From: Callorhinchus milii
Lineage: Eukaryota
Length of the DNA: 64,000 nt
Assembly (NCBI RefSeq): GCF_018977255.1
Contig: NW_024704743.1
Coordinates: 15,874,001-15,938,000, forward strand
Direction: 5' to 3'
The notes beneath the pieces were generated by a model. The model was given only the letters and a program-made list of their open reading frames with translations. It was not told the DNA's origin and did no database searches. A program made the translations under genes and the position numbers. Position 1 is the stretch's first letter; each line of letters starts with the position of its first letter. Below, piece by piece: positions 27,765 to 41,705 of the stretch.

Positions 27765-28900
27765 TTTTGTCCATCACCTCGTCCTCTTTGACCTCTCTGC
27801 TGCCTTTGATACAGTTGATTATTCTATCCTCCTCCAACACCTCTCCACTCACGTCAACCTTCTTGGTTCTGTCCTTCAGTAATTCAGATCCTATCTTTCA
27901 CGCACTCCCCATGTTGACTCCACAAATGGCTTCTCCTCCAGCCCCCGCACTGTCTCATGCGGCGTTCCTCAGGAGACTGTCCTTGGTCCTCTTCTCTTCA
28001 ACATGTACGTGCTCCCTCTTGGTAACATCATCCGCAGAAATGGGGTCAACTTCCACATGTATGAGGATGACACCCAACTCTAACTCTCGGCCTCCACTCT
28101 CAACTCCAGGACCACTGCTGTGCTGACAGAATGTCTGTCAGACATCAAGTCCTGGATGAGAGCTAACTTTCTATCGTTGAAAATCAACAAGACCGAGGTC
28201 CTCCTGATTGGCTCCCGTCAGTGCCTCCACACCTTAGGCACTGACAGCATTTATGGATGCACACTCCACCTCACTGAACCAGTCTGGAACATTGGCGTCT
28301 TGTTTGACCCTCAACTCTCCTTTCTACCCGACATCCATGCCACGACCCGCTCTGCCTTCCCCAAACTCCGCAACATCCGTCACTGCTGAAACCCTCATCC
28401 TCGCATTCATATCATCGAGGCTCGATTATGCCAACTCGCTGCTTGTCGGTGTTCTCAACTCTTCCCTCCACAAGCTGCAGATCACCCCCACCCTCGCCCA
28501 GCTCCACTGGCTCCCCATTCCCCCAGAGGATAGCATTCAAAATCTTTGTCCTCACCTTCAAGGCCCTCCATAGCCGTGCTCCTTCCTACCTCCGCTCCCT
28601 CCACTCAGCAAGCTGCTGCTTGTTCCGTGTCACCTGCCTGGCCCGCCCCACCTTCGGCGGTTAGGCCTTCAACCTCTCTGACCCCACTCTTTGGAACTCC
28701 ATGCCCCAATCCCTTCGCCTTACTCCCTCCCTTGCCTCCTTCAAGACACCTCTCAAAACTTTCCTCTTCAACCAAGCCTTTGGCCAGCCTCCTACCCTCC
28801 CTCCCTGATCCCAATCCCCTGCTCGGTTTCAAATCTCTGACTGTCCAGTGCCTTGGGACATCCTCCTGACGTGAAAGTCACTATACAAATGTAATTTTGT
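27765..28900 (+). mobile_element. 5'-truncated, decayed L2 LINE
   Basis: DLSAAFDTVD, GVPQ and DDTQL motifs, LSDIKSWMRANFL.L.INKTEVLLIG; same 3' tail as 780-1920. Confidence 0.92.
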
Positions 28901-30906
28901 ATTGCATCATATTATCTCAACCATAAAAGGACTTTCTAAAACTGTCTTGGAAATATTGGGAGGCGTTGAGAATGTGGTTAATGGATTATTATGCATGTTT
29001 TTAACAACTTGGCACTAAGTGAAGATAAACTGATAAAGCCAAGAAGAATTCCTTACATTCTTTTTTTGCTGACAATGTATGTTCATGACCAATCATAGAA
29101 TTAGGCTCACTAGGTTGATTTAATGCTCCCACACCCTACCCACGTGAAGCGCTCTATATAAATACAAGGTAGTTATTGTTGTTAACACTCCAAAATGCTA
29201 TCCTGCCTGAAGGACACTATATAAATGCAAGCTGTTGTTAACTATCCATCCACATTGCACCGATACAATTCACAATGATGGTAGATAACATGAACAGGAA
29301 TGTAAAATGGCAGGGGAATCACTATACTTTAAACTGCATTTGTTCATTCCTTTTTCTTAATGAACAGTGATTACATACATCAGAGAAATTTATGGGCCCA
29401 TAATGTTTCCTGAAGCTACAGGGTTACATGGCTTCTGAGAAATTCAGAGCAAGAACAATTTTACATTGTTGTGAGTCACTAAGCAACTGTTGAACATGAT
29501 TCATGCCATTTAACTCAAATAATTCCTCCAAATTCCAAACATTTTTTGAAGACTACATATCACCAAGGCTTAAATAGTTATTATAATCCATTAAGTGTTT
29601 CCTTCATAAGCCTTAAATAACTGGCATGCCTTTCTAAAAATATGACTAGCTCTATTACAATCATTCCAACTTTTGCAAAATACCTAGATGTTGAACCTAC
29701 AGTTAATTAAGCCTCTAACTTGTATCTACTGGATACTCGTCAATTTCAATATCAATCCTGTCTGGAAAGATTGATGAAACATTCCATGGGGATTTGCTTA
29801 ATGTCTAAAGCATGAATTTTGCTCTTGGCTGGGAGTAATGTTTTCACTGACAGTAAATTTGTTTCCACTCATTTTAATTTTTCATCACTGGTAATAACTC
29901 GAAGATAAAATATTACAACAATTACCCCACAGTGTTCCACTAGATTTTAGGCCAAATAATGTGCTTGCATATTTCAGGAGAACGTGTGAAGTCCTACAGA
30001 GAAGGCAAGTAGGGGCCATGGTACAATAGGAGGAACTACTTTGTTGCAATATCCACCTCAATGCTGCTGGTCAGAATAGCAGTCAATACATGTTTCTATT
30101 CCTGTTCTCTAGTTCTAAGCTGAGTCTAAACTAAACAGAATGTTTCATCCACAGTACGTACGGGCAGTAAGGGTCTGTGTTCACTATCAGGCTTCGTCTG
30201 CTAATAATCATCCTTTTCTCTCGTTAGTGGGAAAGCTCTAAAATAAAACAAAAATTTAAATAAAAAGTAAAACCCTACAGAGCATGATTAAGTCACCATG
30301 GCAAAGGTGTACCGTAGATTTACTGGGATTTTACAAAGATGGAAGAGTTTCATTTATGAGGAGAAACTTGAGAAGTTAAGAGTTTTTTTTTGCATTCTTC
30401 AAAAGTTCAGATATGGAACTTTATTAAATGCCTTCTGACAATTACAGAATTTTAAATTACAGATTTGTGTAACACCTCTTCACATCAAACTTCTCCAAGT
30501 GCATCATAAATAACTATGGTCAAGAGCAGTGATTGTATTTTTCAGCACACATGGCTCCCAGCAAGGAACCACATGTCGCTCTGAGGCAAATGACCAATAA
30601 ATCTGGAGGATTTCTGGCTATCACCAGGATGAAACATATCCTCTTTTTAAAGTATTTGGAGTATCAATAACTTACTGTCAGTCAAAGTATTTCCATCCAG
30701 GCATTCAGGGCACTACTGGCAGGAGTGAGCATTGCATTATTTAATGGATTCGAGTCCAGTTTAAAAGTGCCAAGATTTTTGCCCACTTAATGTTTTCTGC
30801 CAGCTAATATTTAAATGTTTCACAGAGGTTGATGAGAAGTAGGAGAAAGCTCATAAGAAGAAAGCAGGGATTTTTTTTTGCTTGGATCGGTTAGTAGATA
30901 GATCGG

Positions 30907-31020
30907 TCAATCTATCTCTGAAATTTCCATGTGTCGGTGGGATTTCAGCTTGGTGTGGATACTCTTAAACATGGTGATGGGTTTCTGCATGTATCAGACA
31001 CCCAGCTGACCAAAACAAAA
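30907..31020 (+). repeat. Family X short 3'-terminal copy
   Basis: Ends cagacacccagctgaccaaaacaaaa; matches the ends of the other copies. Confidence 0.85.
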
Positions 31021-31950
31021 TTACTTTTCTTATTAGCAGTTTTATGGTGCTGTGAAAGGTACAGAAACCAAGCACTAGGCTTGTTTTCAGCTCAGATGTT
31101 TTTTTGCTAGCGATCTGTAACTTAAGCACACAAAGTCAGACGTTGCTGTCTTCAGAATATCCTCCCTCCTTCAGTTTCCTGTATCATTCCTGCCACCTAT
31201 TGCTCATCCCATCCTCCTTAAACAACCATGCTATTGTGGATTTATAAGCACTACTCCAGATGATTGGGGAAAGGATTCTCCTCCTCAAAAACTGCTCAAG
31301 TATTTCATCTCTCATGGAATACTTTGCTCGCCTGAGCTGCAACAGCCCCTGGGTCACACCTCCCTGATTCCCTGGGGGAAATAGAAGTCATTTACATTGT
31401 ACAATACTCATTTGGCAACATCTCGTGATGGTGAAACTGCTGGAGGTTAATATGCAGCAATATTTTTAATAAGGAAGCAGGAAATAAGTCATGCCAACTC
31501 AAAGGAACTGTCTTTCAGAGCAGAGATCCTGTGAATCTGTGTGATGTACTTTCAGTGACTGGAAGGAGTCCCTACTCAGATTCCTTATTAACAAATTCTG
31601 TTTAAAATTGTCACATATTAGAGACCAATATCTATAAGGTATCATGTTACAAGTGTGAAAGGATCACTGGATGATTTGCGCCTTGGGAAGTCCTTCTGAC
31701 ATGAAAGGGGCTCTATAAATGTAATTTTGTTGTTGTTGTTGATTTATAATAATCCTAAAATAATCCTTGCATTTGATATAATGCCTTATCACGTCTTTGA
31801 AATGTCTCAAAGCGCTTCACAGAATATACTGTAAAGTGAATTGATTGTATATTTTGTTATAATTATAAAGTAGCAGTCAATAAACACATCCGAAAAATGG
31901 GAGAATCACTGATAGGAGAGACGTAAAACACCTTTGAGAAAACATACAAT

Positions 31951-31992
31951 TTCCCAGAAATGATGTGCACTATTGATATCACTCATATTGTC
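31951..31992 (+). mobile_element. Possible PIF/Harbinger transposase relic
   Basis: Translates FPEMMCTIDITHIV, resembling the Harbinger DDE motif FP...GAIDCTH. Only 14 codons. Confidence 0.35.
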
Positions 31993-32014
31993 ACATACAT
32001 TATGGAAAAAAAAA

Positions 32015-32262
32015 CTTAAATGGGGTAGAGGAGCAAAGAGATCTAGGGGTACACATACACAATTCACTAAAAGTAGCAACGCAGGTTAATAAGGATTAAA
32101 AAGAGCAAACCAAGTATTGGGGTTCATTTCTGGAGGGATAGAAATGAAAAGCAGGGTAATTATGGTAAACTTCTATTGAATCTTGGTTAGACCACACTTA
32201 GAATACTGTGTGCAGTTCTGGTCCCCACATTATAGAAGGGATGTAGAGGCACTGGAGAGGGT
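32015..32262 (+). mobile_element. CR1 LINE ORF2 fragment
   Basis: EEQRDLGV and [27 protein letters not shown] motifs. Confidence 0.88.
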
Positions 32263-33605
32263 TTCTCTCAGTACCCTGACCAACAGTCCCCCAGATTAAA
32301 ACAAATATTCACATGGGACATTACTGTGCGCAAACTAGCTGATGTTTTCAAATATGCAGTTACTAAATTTACAGATTATAAATGTCAACCTGAAATCTAA
32401 ACAAGTCAGACAGTTAAAAATATTGTTGCACATTTCTAAAACTACAAGAGTTTGGAGCTGCAAAAACAAAGTTGGGAACAAAACCTCTGTGGGGCAGCTG
32501 TTTCACATTATTTAATTGAGAATGTAAATATTCCTTCTGATGCCTGGTTATTGAAACCTTTCCCACAGAATGTTTCTCTCTTCTCCGCCTCCCCCACCCT
32601 CCACTCCCAAACTCCTGCATAGCTTTTCAATAACACCTGCCCACTGCAAGAATGGCAGCCAAGATTCAAGCAACCGAAGCCTTGTTAGCTAATTTACAAG
32701 TTTAAAAAAAACATGCAGATACACCGTGGCAAGCTGGAATTTCTGGCTAAGTGTAATTACAATGACGGTAATGCAAGAAATGCATATGGAGTGCCAGAAA
32801 ATGCCAGTAATGCCTTTGCTGCCATTTTCGTTTCGCCCACAAAATACTCAGTCAATTCACAGTATATTCTATGAAGTGCTTTGAGACATCTCTACGATAA
32901 GACACTGTATCAAATGCAAGGATTATTATTATTATCTGCCATTGCACATGTATTTCTACCATTGTGTACAAAAACGTAGTTACTTACCCACACGGACACT
33001 GGATGTTAGACATAGGATGATGAGATGGGAAGCTACGGAGATGATGTCAGCTGCTCAGAGTAGCGTTAGCACGTTCTAGGAGAATTGGGCTGACAGGAGG
33101 CTACGAGCAGGCCAGGGGGTTCACTGTATTCATTTTCAGCATTGAACACTATCTCACCATGTTCCACTGCATATCTAGGGATAAAGGTGCGTATGTGCTC
33201 CACCTGATTGAATATGACAAGTCATGATAGGGAAGCTAGCAATAATTCACTTGTACTGGTTGGCGAGATAGTAATGAAAGGCATAAATTTAAGATAATCT
33301 ACAAAAGAATTAAAGGGGAGGTTAGAAGAAAATGTCTTCACACAGAGTACGGTTACAAGGTGGAATTTTTTGCCATGAACCGGATTGAAGCAGAGTGCAT
33401 CGATTCTTTTAAAAGATGATTTAAGATCAGTGGCTGTCACGTTAACCTTGTGAATCAGACCTTTTTCCTTTAACACCATTGCTTCAAGGGCTTCTGTCAT
33501 CTCTTGGCTTGGTGCAAAGAATGGTCACCCAGGAACCTAACATGTGGAGATCTCCTGTAAGTGGCTACAGTCCATCTACTGAAAACTGGAAAGAAAATCT
33601 GCAAC

Positions 33606-34450
33606 TCTAAAGCACGGTTGAAGAGGAAGGTTTTTAGGTGGGCCTTGAGAAAGGGGAGAGAGGGTGCAAGGCGGAGGGATTGAGGGAGAGTGTTCAAGAG
33701 TTTTGGGGTGTAGCAGCTCAATGTGCGATGTCTGACGGTGGGGCGGAGGGTGTGAGGGACGAGCAGGAAGCTGGTGCCAGTTGAGCGGTGGCACCGGGTG
33801 GTGGATTGGGGAGTGAGCAGGTCAGAAAGGTAGGAAGGTGCCAGAGAGAGAAGGGATTTGAACACAATGTGAGGGTATTAAACAAGCTGATAGAACATTG
33901 GCGGACCTGGAGTTGGTACTGGAGGAGACAAAAAGATTTGTGTGTCATCCGCGTTCATGTGGAAGTCTGCGGATGACATCGCCCAGAGGGAGCATAAGGA
34001 AAAATGGAGACCTGGGGCACCCCGCAGGTGACCGGGCGGGGGTGGGAAGAGAAACCATTTGCTGAGATGAAATGGAGGCGGATGCTTAAGTAGTACTCGA
34101 ACCATGCGAGTGCAGTGCCACTAACGTGGATGAGAAAGGAGAGGCGGTGGAGGAGGATGGCATGGCAAACTGTGTCGAACGCGGCAGAGAGATCCAGGAG
34201 GACGAGGAGGCAGAGGAAGCCCTGGTCACAGATAGAGAGGACGTTGTTTCTGATTTTGACAAGCGCTGTCTCTGTGCTGTGGGCAGTTCCAAAACCAAGC
34301 TGCAGGGGCTCGAGGAGGGAGATGTGTGATCGAATGTGACCTGCAACAATGTGTTCCAGGACTTTGGCAAGGAAGGCTAGGTTGGAAATGGGACGGTAGG
34401 GTGAGAGATTAGAGGGATTGAGGGTGGTTTTTTCGAGGAGGGGTGTAATA
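33606..34450 (-). mobile_element. Decayed L2 LINE with internal deletions
   Basis: Minus-strand HSTETAL..., LLDLSAAFDTV and ADDTQI motifs; 3' region similar to 1500-1780. Confidence 0.88.
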
Positions 34451-37400
34451 ATAGCTAGTGTCTAGATTCCTAGTGTCCTGGCCATCAATCCTCCAGATAA
34501 AATTGTTCATTCATTTCATGGCTGTTTGTGGACATTGCTGTTTACAAATTGGCTGCTGCCTTCCCCTATAAAATACACAGACACTCCACTTCACAGTACA
34601 TCTTATGAAGCACTTTGAGACTGTCTCCTGACATGTAAGATACTACATCAATTGCAGGATTTATTATTATGAATTAAGCTCCTAAATTCTTTATTAAAAA
34701 AACATAGAGCTAAAATAGACGACTGTGACATTTTTAAACTAATATGACTATTTTATTTTCCCATTTATATGATTTTGTTTTCCCATTTGTATGATTAGTT
34801 GAGGTACAGATTAGCTATGATCTAATTAAATTGCGAAACAGGCTCGAAGGGCTGAATGGCCTCCTCCTGTTCCTATGTTCCTATTTCTTGACATAAAACT
34901 GCCAAATTAGTCCAATGTTTTGAGAACTTAATAGCACATCATCAAGAAACTGAACTGAAAGTAATAAACATAATCCTTGCATTTGATAAATTGGACTAAT
35001 TTGGCAGTTTTATGCCGAGAAATAGGAACATAGGAACAGGAGGAGGCCATTCAGCCCTTCGAGCCTGTTTCACAATTTAATTAGATCATGGCTAATCTGT
35101 ACCTCAACTATCCTGTCATCAAAATATCTCAAAGACATTGTATTTGTAGGCAAACGGAGCAGCCAATTTGCGCACAACAATTTCCCACACGCAGCCATCA
35201 AGCTTTTCGAATAGTGCCATGAGATCTTAACTCATATGTATTTCACTAAGGACCTTCAACTGACCAAGAGCAAAAGGATTTTCATCTGAGCTATCTGGAC
35301 TGGATTCAAACCCAGATACAGATGTGTAAGGAGAGTGCTTCAACATTACTATACCATTGATTACCATTCTCTTGCAAAATTACAGATGTATAATATGTAA
35401 CTTTTGAACAAATATTAATATACAAGCAGATGAGAGCAAAGAAAAAAAAGGTTTACTTTTAAAAAAAACATCCTGTTTCTTTAATCAAATTTTCAATAAT
35501 CTGGAAATAATTGAGCAAATGTTTGCCAGACAAAATCGGAACAGCAGAACAGACCACTGAATAAAAGCAGCCTTCGATTAAAGAAATCAAACGAAAATTG
35601 GAAACTTTCACATGCTCTTATAACTCAGGGCACAGAAGCTAATCCTAACACAACTTAAACCTTCATAATATCTGACACTTTTTTCCGGTATGTGTTCTTT
35701 TCATTTCCCCCTCTCCTAACAACCACTCCATCCTCATTTGGGAAGGGAAACAGCCCAACAACAACTTGCATTTATGTAGCGCCTGTCACAAAGGATTACA
35801 TTCTCAAAGCATTTTACAAAGACAGAGTGGGAGTCTGAGCTACTTGCAGGAGGGGATTTGGGGTAGGATGGAAGTGACTGAAGGCTCAGTCATGGTTAGG
35901 TTTAGTAAAGGTTTTGAAAGCGGAGAGGGCGGGGAATTTCGGAGAGAGTTCCAGAGAACAAAGGCTAAGTGGCTGAAAGCTTGTGCATTAACAGAGGGAG
36001 CAGGGAAGAGGAACAGGACTGAGTTAGAATGAGTGTGTGGGGAAGGAGGACCACAGGAGATCACAGTGGGAAGGTGGAGCAAGAGTGTGGAGGGATTTAA
36101 AAGTTAGAAAAATACACATTATAACATATCACCTCAGATGATTGTAATTTGGTTGATGAGATTGTTGAACTCACTGGCCGCACCTATGGTTGAAGGAGAA
36201 GGTACTTAAGAGGAATCATGAGGGAGAAGGGCATGATACATTCAAATGTCCCCTTGGTCAAATCCAAATCCCTGACTGTCCAGCACCTTGGGACATCCTC
36301 CTGATGTGAAAGGCGCTATACAAATATAATTTTATATTGTATTAGTCTCACCCATCCTACCTTTGTCACCTCCTTCCCCCCATCATCTACCTCCACTCCC
36401 ACCCCTAGCTCAGGTACTGAACCAGCATTTTCGTGCACCTCGAGATGTCTTCCTGATGTGAAAGCTGCTATATGAAAGTAAACTGTATTGAGCAAGCATA
36501 ACACTTTTATGCCAAATTATAACCACCAAAACTTTTGGACTCTATCCCCAAAAGCCCAAAAGTAATATGGACTTTTCATAATAATTTAAGAAAGAACATA
36601 CATTTAGCATATAATTACTTTGGACTGGGCTCAAATCACTTTGCAAATAATTATCAAGTTTGTTTTGAAAAATATCAATGATTTTGCCTTCTTTTTTCAA
36701 ATAGTGTCATGCCCGCAAGAAAACAGGCAGACAGGACCTTGGTTTAATGTCTTATGTGAAAGACAGCACTTGTGGCAATGCAGCGTTCAACCTGGAATGT
36801 GAGCTCATCTCAATATCACTTACAAACCTCATAAAAAAACTACAACCTTCTAACCCAGAGGTGAGAGTGCACCCAACTGAGCCAAACTGATGCACTGGCC
36901 AAGCCTATGTAATATTCACAGGCTTGACTTGAGATATTTGGAAGTTAATGTAATACCATGGTTAACATTCCATAGAGGCACCAACCACCTCCTTTCACAA
37001 ACCAATGATTAACGATACAGCATTCCCCAGGTCTACATAAATCACATATTATTGGAATAAGCTTTTGTCATGGTAAAACGCACGAGGCAGATTTTGTTTT
37101 CAATTTCCACAACAAAAATCCATCTGCATAACCTCTCTGACCACAACTCGAGAGATTCTGACTCAGAAATCAATAAAGACCACCTGAACTTAGTCCAACA
37201 GACAGTTAGTTCATCACAGACACGTTTCTCTCTGTATTGTCACACTAAAGAATTAGTCATGTTAAAAAGTATGTACAAACCTCAAACAAAAATAGGTACT
37301 GCTAGTACAAGAACATTAATTATGGATTGAAGGTAGCCTCCAGGAGGGGAAAACAGAGATCTTAGGGCGAGAAGTGACAGATCAGGAAGAGAGGCATTGG

Positions 37401-38559
37401 CTCAGAGAGAGAAAGCACACATCTATGTCAGGGTAATGAAGAATGACAAGCAAATGGGGTTCGTTGCAAACTGCAGATGTGGAAGTTTGAATGTAGCAAT
37501 AAATTTACCGTTTATGAGTTGTGTTCTTTTTATTCACATTGATGTTATAATAATGATTTAAGGTTGGGACTAAATTGTCTGTTAATTCATGCAGGAGTTA
37601 GACCATTCGTTCTTTTAGTACAACCATCCAATTTCTCAAAGATTTCTTCGACATATCAATCTCATAATTTAACCTTGACTTATCTGGGTCCTCATTGAAA
37701 CCCTTTATGCAGTAATTCTTTGTTCCATCACCTGCAGAGGTAGTTTTTCCACATGCCAATCATCCTTTTACTAAAAAACAACCTGCCTGGACTTATCGGT
37801 AATTTAATAACATACAAAACTACAGGTATGATTCATGTTTTTTTTGACGGAAGGAGATAATCCAGGTCTTTTCCAGAGTGAAGGTGGATCAAAATACTGA
37901 AAGATGTTAGATGGGATAACCCAGAAGAATACTTTCAAATATGCCAAGGCAGCAGGACACGAGGGTACAGACTTAGGGTTGCCCAGGGCAATTTTAAGAC
38001 AGACACCAAGTATTTATTTACAATGAAGGTAGTCAACAGTTGGGACTGGCTAACAGGAAGGATGGCTGATTCCTGGACACTGGACTAATTTAAGAAATTG
38101 CTTGATGTGATGATAGGAGGGTAGGTATTCTGGATAGATGATATCAATTGGGTAGAAAAGCATTCTTCATCCAAACCTCTTTTGCGGTCTTGTGAATTTG
38201 ACATCCGCAGAAAGGCAAAACAAGGCTGCCGTTACAATGGTTGGTTGATTCTTGTGTTAGTGAATATTACTATTGTAAATCATCCTGCTGTGAGCAAAGA
38301 TATATTTTGCCAGTAAACACATGAAATGGTAGTTTTGAGCAGATTCAGTAGATATATCCGCCGTAAAGCAAGAACACTAGATTTCAGTACTTTCTAAGAA
38401 AACATAGATTAGGTAAGTAATCAGCATTCATTTTAAAAAAAACTTTTAAATAAGATGGTTAATTCAAACAAATATTTTCTTTTGCACTATGTTGTTTAAA
38501 TACAGCAGGAATATAATGCATCACTTTCACAGGTGGCTAAAAGAAAATGAAGAACTAAC

Positions 38560-38662
38560 CTGAGGTTCGGAGAACACTTGCTCCATGGTGTTTATGGGAC
38601 CACATGGTACGCCGTTACCTTCAAACAGCTGGAGCCAATCTCCTATTGTCTTCTCTACAAAT
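38560..38662 (-). CDS. SUGCT: SUGCT internal coding exon (103 nt, phase 2/0; equivalent to human exon 12)
   Basis: ctcttttatgcttag|ATTTGTA...CCTCAG|gttagt completes the split AG|A Arg codon and gives FVEKTIGDWLQLFEGNGVPCGPINTMEQVFSEPQ, containing the family III CoA-transferase GVP.GPIN motif. Confidence 0.96.
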
Positions 38663-39159
38663 CTAAGCATAAAAGAGTTCTGTGGTTTACACATGATGGT
38701 CTGATGTTAAAAATGCACAGCAGCACATCATTTAATTTGCAGTAGCCACAATAAAACAAGATACACATTTCTTTGCAAAGCAGAGTTCTGCCCTCGGGCT
38801 TTTAGACATCATAGTCTCCAGACCCGATGTTTCCGTGCCTTGAACACAACCCACATTTACAAAGTCAGCAAAACTTTTTTTCATCTGCGATGGTTGTTGA
38901 TCCAATGATACAAATTCACATTCAGTTATAAACAGTACTTTTTAAAAACTGAGGCAGAAGATGTAAAAGTCTTATTAAATTATTTAACAAAGATTAAGTG
39001 GTTCCAAAACTCTGTATAAGGAGGATGTGTATGTGAACAAAAATACTGCATATCATTACTATAAATTACTGATCTAAAGAAAGTTATCATCAATTTTAAT
39101 TTGCAATAATTGCCCTTAGGATAAGATAAATGCATTTATTTGTTTTAAATCTTAATACT

Positions 39160-40850
39160 ACCTCCCGGTATTCAGTACAGAGAACCGGTTTGCGAGTGCC
39201 ACACTCTCAGGGGATTTCTGCACTGCCTGTTTCCTCTTCCTACCATCCTAGGTGGTCACATTTGTGCAAGCAAATGGATGCACAGAGGGACACAGGGAAG
39301 AGTGTCAATGCAATTGTCATTGGGAACCCAATGGTGAAAGGAGTAGAGAAGCTTTTCTACAACCAAAGACATGACTCTCGCATGGTATGTTGCCTCCCTG
39401 GTGCCAGGGTTGAAGACATCACGGAACGGGTGCAAAACATTCTGCAGAGAGAAGGGGGACACTCAGAAGTCATGGTCCGTGTTGGGATCCATGACATAGA
39501 GGAAAAAAGTCCTGAGATCCTACAGGGAGAGTGTCAGAAGCTAGGGAAAAAGCTAAAGAGTAGAACCTCAAAAGTGGTGATCTCTGGATTACTCCCAGTG
39601 CCTCGTGCAAGCGAGTATCAAAATAGTAGGATCAAACACATGAATGCATGGCTGGAGAATTGGTGCAGAAAGGAGGGCTTCAGGTTCCTGGATCAGTGGT
39701 ACCAGTTCAGGGGTAGGTGGGACCTGTGCAAGGTGGATGGTTTACATCTGAACAGGGCTGGCACCAATGTCCTCGCAGGGAGGTTAACTAGTGCTGTGGG
39801 GAAGGGTTTAAACTAATTTTGAAGGGGGAAGGGAATCAGGATGCAGCATTAGAGAGGACAAACAACTTACATAGAGGGTTGGAAGAGACGAATAGCAATA
39901 TAATCAGGAGTAGTCCAGAAAAAGGAGGGATTAGATGGAGGAGAAATGCAGAGCAGACTCAGTCGGTCTTGGAGTGCATGTGCGTAAATGCACAGAGTGT
40001 GACAGATAAGGTTGGTGAGCTGCAGGCTCAAGTTGCCACATGGGGTTATGATATAGTGGCAATAAACGGAGACCTGGCTCAAACAAGGGCAGGAATGGGA
40101 GCTGAATATTCCTGACTACAATATATTCAGGAGGGAAAGGGAAGGAAAAAAAAGGACGGGGGGGGGGGGAGGCAATATTGATTAAAGACACGGTTACGGC
40201 CCTGGAAAGGGACAATGTGCTTGAGAGTCCAAAAACAGAATCTATTGGGTTAGTTAAGGAGCAGAAAAGCAGCTGTTAATCTGTTAAGTGTATACTATAG
40301 ACCATCAAATACTGGGAGGGAGATAGAAGAGCAAATCTGCAAGCAGATTTCAGAAAGATGCAAAACCAATAGAGTAGTGATAATGGGAGCTTCAATTATC
40401 CTAACACAGACTGGCAAAATAACAGTGTGAAGGGCAAGGAGGGGGAAGGGTTCCTGAAATGTGTGCAGGATAACTTTCTGAATCAGTATGTTTCCAGTCA
40501 ACAAGAATTCAGTTCTGGGGAATGAAGTGAAGCAGGTTTTAGTAGGAGAGCATCTGGACAACAGTGATCACAATATCATTAGGTTTAGAGTAATTATGGA
40601 AAGGGACAAGGAACAATCAAAGGTGAAGATATTCAACTGGAAGAGGGCTAATTTTCAATGAGTTAAAAAGGGACCTAGCCAAGGTGGACTGGAAAGAAAG
40701 ATTGTCAGGTAAAACAGCTATTGACCAATGGGAAGCCTTCAAGGAGAGGAGATAGTTTGGGGACAAAACAAATACATTCCCACAAAGGGGAAAGGTAGGG
40801 CATCCAAACCTCCCTGGATGAATAAGTAATTGGGATTAAAATAGATACAG
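39160..40850 (+). mobile_element. CR1 LINE: ORF1 SGNH/esterase domain and ORF2 AP-endonuclease region, RT absent, 5' segment inverted
   Basis: ORF 39130-39816 reads IVIGNP..CCLPGA..VVISGLLPVPRA..DGLHLN (CR1 ORF1 esterase). Then CVNAQS..KVGEL..YDIVAI/ETWL (APE domain) with frameshifts. A separate CR1 3' end follows at about 40880-40952. Confidence 0.92.
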
Positions 40851-41665
40851 TTTGGGACACGACTTGTCAAGGGACTGCCAGGTTGGTGGAAGGTGAACTA
40901 GATGGACCTTGATCTTCTTTCGCCTAACTTATTCTTATGTTCTTATGCTCTTACTGGCAACTTACCCCATATATTTTTATAGATTCAATCACTGATGAAC
41001 ACAAAAAATTAAAGTGTAACATTTCAGGATATTGCCTTTAAGTGTTTCCCACATTCACACTGCCCAAGCTCAAAGAATTCAAAGAAACCAATGAAGCAGT
41101 CCTTCATTATTATATTATACACAGAGATGGACAAAATACACTCACACAACACACCCACACACACTCTCATGGGTCTGTCACATGCAGGGCACTAAATTAG
41201 CATTTATTTTCATTATCTCTTTATAAGGGACGAGTTTTTTTCTGACCTATCTCTTAATCTTTCAACATTTAGTGTGTATACATGTATATATGTTTTAGTA
41301 AGATTTCATTTTTCAAATAAATTTGGTCATTCACTTTATTGCTGTTTATGGGACATTGCAGTATGCATATTGGCTGCTGTGTTTGCCCACAAAGTACACG
41401 CTCACTCCACTTTACAGTATATCCGGTGAAGCGCTTTGAGATTTCTTCCTGATATGAAAAGAGCGATATCAAATGAAATAATTATTATTAATTATTGTTA
41501 TCATTAAGTGGAGGAATTTAAACAATTTGTATTAATCTGTTAGAAGTGATTTAATTGTTGGGACCATTCTGTCCCAACAATTAAAGCTCCACCTATGGAT
41601 GTTTTACATGAATTCAGCTATCCTTTCAATTTGTATGCAATAGCTGGAAAGAAAAGAAAGGCAGT

Positions 41666-41705
41666 ATACATACATACATACATACACACACACACATACA
41701 TACAT
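41666..41705. repeat. (TACA)n/(CA)n microsatellite
   Basis: Seen directly. Confidence 0.9.

Noticed and set aside
1..38559. Next SUGCT exon (VLHNG...VPG-like); likewise the preceding exon beyond 45940
   Set aside because: Not found by eye on the minus strand. Presumed outside the window, although a missed short exon cannot be fully excluded without TBLASTN.
39130..39816. 228-aa ORF as a host gene
   Set aside because: Chimera of intron flank, an inverted CR1 piece and the CR1 ORF1 esterase.
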